The notes: generated by a model from the sequence alone, not told the origin. 50,546 nucleotides of DNA from Clostridia bacterium (GCA_045614835.1 JAZLDP010000087.1:1-50546); one strand, 5' to 3'; shown: positions 35,301 to 41,206, numbered from the stretch's first letter. Made by a program: numbers and translations.

Positions 35301-35426
35301 ACACATCTGGTATCGTTGTTTGCACAACTCCAAGATGTCCTTCTCTTTGTTGAAAAGTTCTTTATCTTTTCGGAACACCCTCAGCAACTCCCCACTCTTC
35401 GCTATCTGCTCCCTATAGTTCGCCAT
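32361..35426 (-). CDS. terL: Terminase large subunit interrupted by an intein
   Basis: Walker A STGTGK|...|S is split. Walker B-like RFLFLDD. C-terminal nuclease Asp cluster NDHDDSIDS. 1021 aa with the intein and 628 aa without it. Confidence 0.9.
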   Translation of the reverse strand: MANYREQIAKSGELLRVFRKDKELFNKEKDILELCKQRYQMCWSQIHEVLVPKKTDSAEKEIRDIIKGIFALDLPICEAKIDRFKRAIEVYEKRKDTDKVEMCYQYLQEWLMLYENNQALVAFRSLEAYCNFMEYDKKDKDKVWKYSLDPYGDGGYTGVNKGFFYYFNKMVLDKDLKFISKQQSTGTGKCVLPSTKVLTPNGTKTIADINIGDIIYSMKNNEVCERRVLNKWYSKKKQIKITTRGGTNITISPEHRLYTQRGYIQAQNIQQSDYLYRLCKEIQPKNEYQISEDELLFISCMLFDGHCKSVAYGFTKMPDTKIMKAFLKALKNLGMKCQLHNKVGTDCITCRIYQNEKIVNNLLYKYGLDGKLSKEKRLPKQFFDMSIENKFKFIGIMFATDGYIVKEKGCGISLSSKGMIEDIRELLDTCGIYSHVSHKNIKLDGKMFEAWVLNIPNEYMEKVYKYCYCYDKEDALNNFYQHNFVRNNKPYSNNTGYPKELFEDKVEFRRVVRKQWARNKTFKRCFVEEFNEETHTLDDIVYKDFIWEQIKSIEFIDEETDMIDIEVEETHNFIANNIVSHNSYSNAFAISWLLGIEPDNDVLIVLGNPSLVINNIKSIIQLIKNPRFVKIFPQFEKYLEVVEDKNGNRMEVVSDNIFSTCRAKEGELTLADSSKPVNVKVISKDTPIDGIRVRFLFLDDICRSKDAGNMKQHETDINNFWNSWWKRNYNTEDFYVILGCTAYSIFDIASQLIAYYSKGKMKRSSINKYSYLSLDDKCVFIKVPKIDDELDRSTYPQKFPYEEAIRIKERDFRSFMAMEQQSPLPPENSPFYIENIQGYDVIPEEDRSDFCWASLDTARVGYDYNSMPIFVKVGGKFYLKDCLYINEPMEKVYGRIVEKIIQHHITKLVIEKNIDTSLKALLDKMLAEQGIPYCEIIEVYATIKKEEKIYNMENCIKNLIVFPNMHLYTYSSQMGKFMNDVFGFSYTHKNDHDDSIDSIATFCQRLIMQPMTRAKAKIIQM
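33681..34859 (-). mobile_element. Intein (393 aa, Cys190-Asn582) with a LAGLIDADG homing-endonuclease core
   Basis: N-terminal CVLPSTKVLTPNG, block B SPEH, LAGLIDADG motifs LLFISCMLFDGHC and FKFIGIMFATDGYI, and C-terminal DIEVEETHNFIANNIVSHN followed by Ser as the +1 residue. Confidence 0.85.
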
Positions 35427-35661
35427 CGTCCATCTCCGTCAAAATATCGACAATCTCTTTATCAAAAGAACCAAAGACATCCCTCACTTCTGCATAATCT
35501 TTCTTGCACCCGTCCGTCATTTCCCTAAACGAATCTCTCTCAACACCAGAAAGTCCAATCATCCGACTCTCCAACCTTTCAAACAAATTCAAGCAAATGT
35601 TAAGTTTGCCATTAAGCATAACAATCATTTTGAATAAATTATCTCTATCTTTTTCTTCCAT
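35413..35661 (-). CDS. Hypothetical 82-aa protein upstream of terL
   Basis: Track ORF. It overlaps the terL start by 14 nt. Confidence 0.55.
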   Translation of the reverse strand: MEEKDRDNLFKMIVMLNGKLNICLNLFERLESRMIGLSGVERDSFREMTDGCKKDYAEVRDVFGSFDKEIVDILTEMDDGEL

Positions 35662-35806
35662 CTCGCCCCTCGCAATACTCCTTCAATATTCGCACCACCA
35701 ACCAGTTCAAACTTCGCTCCTGCCCGTCTGCCACCGCCTGCAGTTTCCCCAATAACTCGTTCGGCACTACAAAACTCCTGTGCCTGTACCCTTTATTCTC
35801 GCCCAT
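35645..35806 (-). CDS. 53-aa ribbon-helix-helix (CopG/Arc-like) protein
   Basis: Hand-translated: MGENKGYRHRSFVVPNELLGKLQAVADGQERSLNWLVVRILKEYCEGRDGRKR. The beta-strand followed by two helices fits the RHH pattern. Confidence 0.5.
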   Translation of the reverse strand: MGENKGYRHRSFVVPNELLGKLQAVADGQERSLNWLVVRILKEYCEGRDGRKR

Positions 35807-35807
35807 A

Positions 35808-36143
35808 CTATTTATCACCCTTTTTCAAATTGTCCCTTAAAACCAATAAAGACCTCAATTTGTCCCTCTCATCCTCGCAACACCTATACATCCTAAAAGC
35901 ATAAGCATAATAATTATATGTATTCGCCTGCCCCCTATAAAACTCAATCTGCCGTTTTGTGTCCTCAATCAAAATGTCCAAACTCTCCTCGCTAATGCTA
36001 TAGTTCCCCTCGCCATCAACATCAACACAATCCTTTACAACAGACTCCAAAAAATCAAGCCTCCCCTCTATGTCAACACACCTCTCATCGCACTCCCTAA
36101 ATTTGTTCCCAATGTAGCCCCACATCTCTTTCTTGAACCCCAT
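35808..36143 (-). CDS. Hypothetical protein, first gene of the late strand
   Basis: Track ORF with GGAGGAGAATAT RBS. Confidence 0.6.
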   Translation of the reverse strand: MGFKKEMWGYIGNKFRECDERCVDIEGRLDFLESVVKDCVDVDGEGNYSISEESLDILIEDTKRQIEFYRGQANTYNYYAYAFRMYRCCEDERDKLRSLLVLRDNLKKGDK

Positions 36144-36175
36144 ATTCTCCTCCGCTCCTCTCTTTCTCCCCTCTC

Positions 36176-36204
36176 AGTTTATCACACATTGTGTGCTATG
36201 TCAA
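36176..36204 (-). promoter_or_regulatory. Promoter of the leftward (late/packaging) operon with an embedded 13-bp palindrome
   Basis: On the minus strand: TTGACA (36199-204), a 17-nt spacer, then TAAACT (36176-81) with a TG extension. The spacer contains CACACA-T-TGTGTG. Confidence 0.55.
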
Positions 36205-36289
36205 TCGTTATTAGCAAAAAATTTTTTTGTAAAGCATGAAGTAGTAACTCCCCCCTGTGCCACTTTTTTATTTTATAGGGGATGGAGGC

Positions 36290-36470
36290 TTAGTCCACCA
36301 CCAGACGCAAACGAGCCACGAAACAAAGCCAAAAAAGAACAAAGCCACATCGTTCACCTATTTTATAAACGACCATTTACGAAAAATCAGCACAACCACC
36401 ACACCAAAAAAAGAAAACCAAACCAAAACCACCCCAAAAACATGGCGACACGCTAACAACCTTTATAAAC
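36290..36470 (+). other. G- and T-depleted C/A-rich non-coding tract 1
   Basis: For example cagcacaaccaccacaccaaaaaaagaaaaccaaaccaaaaccaccccaaaaacat. By hand count G is roughly 10% over ~175 nt. Confidence 0.8.
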
Positions 36471-36479
36471 TAGCGTTTT

Positions 36480-36816
36480 AATTATCTTTTTATTATATGT
36501 TATTACTAAGCGAATTTAATTAGATACAATGCGAATTATATTAAATTAATAACTAATCAAAGTATTAGAGAATTAGAGGCAAAGCAAATTATAATTGTTA
36601 CAGGCTAGCCAAATAATAAGAACTAGGCACGAAAGCCAATAAAAGAATACAAATAATATTATATATACTATGCGAATTTATTTATATTTTATCACTTAAC
36701 GGCAAATAATAGGCAAGTTTTAGAACATAGTTATATTTTTATAACCAGAAAACTAGGCAAAAATGCAAAAAATTAATAAAAAAGTGTAAAAACATTATAA
36801 TTTTTAATTAAATGCA
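36480..36816. repeat. AT-rich non-coding region with short direct repeats (GCGAATT x3, TAGGCA-type x4-5)
   Basis: GCGAATTTA at 36510, GCGAATTAT at 36531, GCGAATTTA at 36672. CTAGGCAC at 36623, TAGGCAAG at 36710, CTAGGCAA at 36753, GAGGCAAAG at 36576. Confidence 0.7.
36728..36747. repeat. Palindrome TAGTTATA-tttt-TATAACCA (copy 1)
   Basis: The 19-mer ATAGTTATATTTTTATAAC (36727-45) is identical to 39976-94. Confidence 0.85.
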
Positions 36817-36845
36817 TTGACTATTATATATTAATTTGATAAAAT
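36817..36845 (+). promoter_or_regulatory. Promoter of the rightward 36880-39767 block
   Basis: TTGACT, a 17-nt spacer, then TAAAAT with an upstream TG. Confidence 0.55.
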
Positions 36846-36879
36846 ACAATTGTAGGAAATTAAACGGGAGGCGTTAAAA

Positions 36880-37200
36880 ATGAAACTTTTACCACTACAC
36901 AATAAATTAACAATTGAAAGAGAAACCGCAAAAGCGGTGGCAGTTGCTCCAAAAGAGTTGACAGACAAACAATTAAAAGACATTGAGTTCTTATTTTGGG
37001 CAACAAATACAAAGGTTAAAAAATCGCTTTTTTGGTTGCCAAAATCTCAAATATTAATTGAGGGCGGTCAAGTTGTTGCTGTTTCGTCATGGATTGAAAA
37101 ACAAAATTTTATTTTTTTTGACTCTCCGTTATTCCTTGAAAGGGATTATCTAGAAGCCCAAAATCTAAAAAAGGAGGCAAATAGCATATGTGGAAATTAA
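36880..37200 (+). CDS. Hypothetical protein
   Basis: Track ORF with GGGAGG RBS. Confidence 0.6.
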   Translation: MKLLPLHNKLTIERETAKAVAVAPKELTDKQLKDIEFLFWATNTKVKKSLFWLPKSQILIEGGQVVAVSSWIEKQNFIFFDSPLFLERDYLEAQNLKKEANSICGN

Positions 37201-37370
37201 AGTGCAAACCCGCCAACGATGAGGCAGTAGTAAAACACTTTGACACACTGCAAGAAGTAGCCGAGTATATCTCTATTTTTTGCGAATCGTCAAATCTTGC
37301 CGACATTATGGCAGTACAAAAAGAATTCAATGTGCGTTTTTATATTAGCAGAATAAACAAAGCGAATTAA
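37188..37370 (+). CDS. Hypothetical protein
   Basis: Track ORF with AAGGAGG 10 nt upstream. Confidence 0.55.
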   Translation: MWKLKCKPANDEAVVKHFDTLQEVAEYISIFCESSNLADIMAVQKEFNVRFYISRINKAN

Positions 37371-37442
37371 AAGCACAACGGCGGAGCAATCCGCCACCCC
37401 TTGCGGGGTTATAATAAATATAAAATAATAGAGGTATAAAAT

Positions 37443-37670
37443 ATGAATCAACAAGAAGAAAATTCAACTTTTGTTACTATAGATATTAAGTTATTTGAAG
37501 AACTTGAAAGAGTTTTAACAACGCAAAACGAATATTCAAAAATAAACCCAGAAGACAAGGTGCAATCCGCATACGTTGAAGGGATTATATCCGCATTAGA
37601 GGCTTTGTCCTGTTATACTTACACATTTGACAAACAAACAAACAAAATTATAAAAATTATTATTAGATAA
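37443..37670 (+). CDS. Hypothetical protein
   Basis: Track ORF preceded by two GC hairpins (GGCGGA-gcaa-TCCGCC and ACCCC-ttgc-GGGGT). Confidence 0.55.
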   Translation: MNQQEENSTFVTIDIKLFEELERVLTTQNEYSKINPEDKVQSAYVEGIISALEALSCYTYTFDKQTNKIIKIIIR

Positions 37671-37692
37671 TTAAAAAATGGAGATTTAAAAA

Positions 37693-38115
37693 ATGAATAT
37701 TGAATTATTAAAAGAATTAAGAGAAAAAAGAACGAACTACCGAGACATGATAAAATTCTGTTGTAATAGCATGGTTTTAAATAATAGTATATTGCACGAG
37801 TTATCAATGGCAGATTTCTATTTTGACTATTTTTGCGGAGTTGATAGAGAATACACCAACGCAAAAGGGGACTACATCAGCGAATCTGAGTTCTACGACC
37901 TAGACGAAGAAGACAGGGGGGACGAAATTTTTTGTGATGTATACCAATATTTTATTATTAGTTATGAAGACGCAGAAAGACTCGCAGAGTATACAAATGA
38001 ACTAGTATATTATAACGAGTCTTTAGACCTTTATATTTTGGGCGTTACACACTGGGGGACATCTTGGGACTATGTTCCAAGTAATTGGAAAGAGTTGGAC
38101 GAGTTCGAGGAGTAA
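37693..38115 (+). CDS. Acidic hypothetical protein (motif GVTHWGTSWDYVP)
   Basis: Track ORF with GGAG RBS. Confidence 0.6.
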   Translation: MNIELLKELREKRTNYRDMIKFCCNSMVLNNSILHELSMADFYFDYFCGVDREYTNAKGDYISESEFYDLDEEDRGDEIFCDVYQYFIISYEDAERLAEYTNELVYYNESLDLYILGVTHWGTSWDYVPSNWKELDEFEE

Positions 38116-38117
38116 AA

Positions 38118-38303
38118 ATGGAGATATTATTCTTAATATTTTGGGGCTTGTTGTGTTTGGTGCGTGACTTCTTTTGTTGGATTGGTCGAGGATTTAAGCG
38201 ACTAGGCACAGGCAGAACACACCGCCACCACATAAACCTAGACAATGACCTATTCAATACTACTGAATTATTAACATTTGATATTTTAGATGATGAGGAG
38301 TAA
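38118..38303 (+). CDS. Small membrane protein
   Basis: ATG 38118 lies behind GAGGAG. N-terminus MEILFLIFWGLLCLVRDFFCWI. Confidence 0.5.
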   Translation: MEILFLIFWGLLCLVRDFFCWIGRGFKRLGTGRTHRHHINLDNDLFNTTELLTFDILDDEE

Positions 38304-38308
38304 AAAAA

Positions 38309-38521
38309 ATGACAAAAAACGAATTAAAAAATATAATTTTAGAAAAACTTGACAGGGATAAAGATGCTTTAATAAGAATCAGCAATAACCAATTGAAAGA
38401 AATTCAAGAAAAGGGACAAAACAAAAACCGCTTAGAAAAACTACACCATACCAACGGACAAATTTGTTATATTAATCAAATAACCACATACGTAGAATAT
38501 TATATAAATAACGGGCAATAA
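38309..38521 (+). CDS. Hypothetical protein
   Basis: Track ORF with GAGGAG RBS. Confidence 0.55.
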   Translation: MTKNELKNIILEKLDRDKDALIRISNNQLKEIQEKGQNKNRLEKLHHTNGQICYINQITTYVEYYINNGQ

Positions 38522-38536
38522 TTAGCCCGTTTTATC
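38510..38536 (+). terminator. Intrinsic terminator (partial) before the FtsK-like gene
   Basis: AACGGGC-aataatta-GCCCGTT followed by TTAT. Confidence 0.45.
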
Positions 38537-38553
38537 TTATAGGAGTTGACAAA

Positions 38554-39585
38554 ATGAAAATATATACAGGCGAAAGCCTAGCCAAACAAATAGAATATTG
38601 GGGCGTTGGTTGTGAGTTTATCCGCCACATAATGACCCCACAAACAATAGTTTATAAATTTAATCTTAAAAATCCGCTAGACATTAAGGCGGTTAAAAAG
38701 TTGCAAGAGCCACTCGAACTATTAACAAAAAATAATATACAGATGACGGAAAATGACAACGAGAGTCATCTTCAATTGATTTTTAGACGCCCAGAGCGTG
38801 AATTCGTTGGCGTTGGAGAGTTTGCCAAAACTATGACAAAATGTAAGCCGTTTAGCGTTGCGTTAGGAGTCGACCAGAACGGAGAACACATCACAAAAAC
38901 ATTAGACGAATTGACACATTTACTAGTGGCAGGAACTACAGGCAGTGGCAAAAGCATATCAATAAACACAGCAATCATGTCGCTATGTTGCTACAACACC
39001 CCCGACAAATTGGGGTTGATTTTGATTGACCCTAAACGGGTTGAGTTTGCAAAGTTTGAAAACTTGCCACATTTAATAGTACCAGTAATACAAGAAATGA
39101 CGCAGGCGTTCGAGGTATTGACGGAGTTAGTGCAAGAAATGGAGCGACGCTATTATATATTATCACAATTAAATAGAACTAAAAACGATGGAGAGTTTAA
39201 AAAAATAGTATTAGTAATAGACGAGTTGACCGACTTAGTCATGACAAATAAAGAAGTTAAAAGCCTATTAGTTAGAATCCTACAAAAAGGTCGAGCGTGT
39301 GGGATTCACTGCATAATCGGAACACAAAGCCCGCGTGCAACCATTTTGGACGGCGTGACACTTGCAAACTTGCCAAGCCGTTTGGCGTTGACTTGTGCGA
39401 GTGTGCGAGAATCTTGCCTAATATTGGGACACAAAGGGGCGGAGCAACTACAAGGCAAGGGGGACGCAATATTAAAGACACCCGAAAGCACAAACGAAAC
39501 AAGACTGCAAAGCCCATATATCAGTACATCAGACATAAACAAATTAATTAAACCAAAGGAGAGCCGAAGAAAATGGAGAAAATAA
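38554..39585 (+). CDS. FtsK/SpoIIIE-family DNA translocase ATPase (soluble; no TM or gamma domain evident)
   Basis: Walker A GTTGSGKS, Walker B VLVIDEL, plus GIHCIIGTQSP and LPSRLAL motifs. The N-terminal ~115 aa resemble the FtsK alpha domain. Confidence 0.85.
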   Translation: MKIYTGESLAKQIEYWGVGCEFIRHIMTPQTIVYKFNLKNPLDIKAVKKLQEPLELLTKNNIQMTENDNESHLQLIFRRPEREFVGVGEFAKTMTKCKPFSVALGVDQNGEHITKTLDELTHLLVAGTTGSGKSISINTAIMSLCCYNTPDKLGLILIDPKRVEFAKFENLPHLIVPVIQEMTQAFEVLTELVQEMERRYYILSQLNRTKNDGEFKKIVLVIDELTDLVMTNKEVKSLLVRILQKGRACGIHCIIGTQSPRATILDGVTLANLPSRLALTCASVRESCLILGHKGAEQLQGKGDAILKTPESTNETRLQSPYISTSDINKLIKPKESRRKWRK

Positions 39586-39767
39586 CAAAACATACAAAAT
39601 TTATAAGATTTTTTAATAATTATTTTTATCAGTACAAAGTGACAAAAATCAAAAACAATTTGATTGAATATTGTTTTGATAAACCAAATTACAAAGACAG
39701 TGAAGCGTGTCTGACTCTTGACTACTTCAATAAACTTATAAAACTAAAACAAATAAAATTAATATAA
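39573..39767 (+). CDS. Hypothetical protein
   Basis: Track ORF with AAAGGAGAG RBS. It overlaps the end of the FtsK-like gene. Confidence 0.5.
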   Translation: MEKITKHTKFIRFFNNYFYQYKVTKIKNNLIEYCFDKPNYKDSEACLTLDYFNKLIKLKQIKLI

Positions 39768-39772
39768 GAATC

Positions 39773-39799
39773 AAGCGGGGTAAAATAGCCCGCTTTTTT
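39773..39799 (+). terminator. Intrinsic terminator ending the rightward block
   Basis: AAGCGGG-gtaaaatag-CCCGCTT followed by TTTTT. Confidence 0.7.
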
Positions 39800-39965
39800 A
39801 TCGCACTACACAAAACACACAAAATAAGCCCGTAAAGACACGAAAACACAAAAGATAAGTATTTTATCAAGACAAGACAAAACAAGGCAAGAACGCCCCA
39901 AAATGAAAGCGAGAGAGCCAACGAACCGCCAAACACTCAAGCGTGAAACACAGGGGTGACCCACC
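39800..39965 (+). other. C/A-rich non-coding tract 2
   Basis: cgcactacacaaaacacacaaaataagcccgtaaagacacgaaaacacaaaag...gccaaacactcaagcgtgaaacaca. It ends in the hairpin GGGGTG-acc-CACCCC. Confidence 0.75.
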
Positions 39966-39976
39966 CCGACCCCATA

Positions 39977-39996
39977 TAGTTATATTTTTATAACTA
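39977..39996. repeat. Palindrome TAGTTATA-tttt-TATAACTA (copy 2; 9-bp arms with flanks)
   Basis: Perfect arms, followed by T7. Confidence 0.85.
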
Positions 39997-40039
39997 TTTT
40001 TTTGACCTCAAAAATTGCGACACCCACTTTTTTTAAAAT

Positions 40040-40340
40040 TCCTTTCTAGGCTCTTTCTGAAGCCCTTTCTGGGAAGTCTTGAAAAAATTCCCAAACTTTT
40101 CTGAAAACATTTGCCAAAACTTCTCGGACAAATTGCACAAAAAAATTCCCAAACTTTTCTAAAATAAGTTCAGGAACTTTTCTAAAACATTTTCTAAAAA
40201 GATGGCAGGATATTTCTCGGAACTCTCCCAAACAAATTGCCAACTTTTTTCTCAAACTTTTTCCAACATTTTCTCTGGAAATTCTCAAAGGCATTTTTTC
40301 TGGGGGGAATTTGCTTACCCCCACCCCCCTTTTTTCTGCT
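40040..40340 (+). repeat. Unidirectional iteron-like array (12 x TTTCT core; exact 21-mer twice, 58 bp apart)
   Basis: AAAAAATTCCCAAACTTTTCT at 40082-102 and 40140-160. TTCTCGGA occurs twice and CAAATTGC twice. I saw no AGAAA on the same strand. The array ends with GGGGGG...CCCCCC plus T6. Confidence 0.8.
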
Positions 40341-40426
40341 TCGCAGTGCCAGTAAAGAATAAGTATTCCTCTGCTGTAGTATATATAATTAGCACTAGTA
40401 ATATAAATAGTTGAGTAGGCGTTCAA

Positions 40427-40729
40427 CTATAACTCCCCCTCGTACAACATCGGACTGCCGTCTGCGTTGAGCATAACAGTAAGTCCACCTATTGAATATC
40501 TGCCATCATTACTATCATAAAGCAAATACATAACCCTAGTTTCTTTGTCTACTAAAACTTTAAATGAATAATCATCCTCTCCTTCATTCTCTGTGTATTT
40601 TTGAACAAACACAAACCTATCATTATTTGTATTAACAAAATTATTATTCTTTGGTAAATTATCGCACCCACACAGCACCAGCATCGGCATCACCAACACC
40701 AGTAGCACACTAATTAGTTTCTTTTTCAT
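40427..40729 (-). CDS. Lipoprotein (signal peptide plus lipobox LCGC)
   Basis: MKKKLISVLLVLVMPMLVLCGCDN. AAGGAGGATATAA RBS. Confidence 0.75.
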   Translation of the reverse strand: MKKKLISVLLVLVMPMLVLCGCDNLPKNNNFVNTNNDRFVFVQKYTENEGEDDYSFKVLVDKETRVMYLLYDSNDGRYSIGGLTVMLNADGSPMLYEGEL

Positions 40730-40991
40730 TTATATCCTCCTTAGGTTGACATTCCACCCAAATATGAGCCTTACATTTATGCTTAAATAATTTATCTGCT
40801 ACCTCTTTCGCTTCGTCTAAAGTTTCGTAGCATTTATTAAATAGATTTAATTCTGCTTCGGTTAGTTCAAAATCAATTCCATTTCCCATTAGAGAAATAC
40901 CAAAAGACCATATTGATTTACTATTTTCATCAATATAATATAGAGTTGCATTTTCTTCGGCAAGTTTCTCAATCCTTTCCTTCTCTATCAT
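40710..40991 (-). CDS. Hypothetical protein (N-terminus paralogous to 8589..9125)
   Basis: Shares the KER[IL]E.L...NA..YYI N-terminus. Confidence 0.6.
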   Translation of the reverse strand: MIEKERIEKLAEENATLYYIDENSKSIWSFGISLMGNGIDFELTEAELNLFNKCYETLDEAKEVADKLFKHKCKAHIWVECQPKEDINEKETN

Positions 40992-41206
40992 TCTTCCACC
41001 ACCCTCATTTCGATTTTTACTGGTCTGTAACCTTCCAAACTATACACATCAATCGTTTCTTGTGCCTCACTCTCGCAAGTTTCCTTATAGGCATAAACCA
41101 ATCTATCATCAGTAATGTTTCTTAATCTATTCCTATCCCTTCTTGTAGTCACATAAAATCTGCCATCATCTCTTCGGATTACCCACGCATATTCAACTTC
41201 ACTCAT
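40988..41206 (-). CDS. Hypothetical 72-aa protein, paralog of 2514..2732
   Basis: See 2514..2732. Confidence 0.6.
   Translation of the reverse strand: MSEVEYAWVIRRDDGRFYVTTRRDRNRLRNITDDRLVYAYKETCESEAQETIDVYSLEGYRPVKIEMRVVEE

Noticed and set aside
36133-36481. Track ORFs 36133..36456 and 36257..36481 (plus strand) in the C/A-rich tract
   Set aside because: The products are Pro/Thr/Lys/Asn/His low-complexity strings produced by C/A-rich sequence. They have no RBS and overlap the late promoter region.
38772-39593. Minus-strand track ORFs within the FtsK-like gene (38772..38978, 39272..39517, 39306..39593) and the plus-strand alternative frame 39297..39551
   Set aside because: They overlap a gene with complete Walker A/B and FtsK motifs and have no independent translation signals.
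39736-39936. 66-aa minus-strand ORF in C/A-rich tract 2
   Set aside because: It is a Leu/Phe/Cys/Val string from translating G/T-rich sequence. It has no RBS and spans the block terminator.
40040-40340. Possible CRISPR array or type III (ToxI-like) antitoxin repeat
   Set aside because: The repeats are short, degenerate and irregularly spaced, so there is no repeat-spacer periodicity. No cas gene and no ToxN/AbiQ-like toxin gene follows. The only exact copies are two 21-mers.
40046-40426. 126-aa minus-strand track ORF covering the iteron-like array
   Set aside because: It uses a TTG start with no RBS. The same 21-nt DNA repeat is translated in two different frames (EKFGNFF versus RKVWEFF), because the copies are 58 bp apart. 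The open frame is explained by the strand's composition, so I treat it as non-coding repeat DNA.
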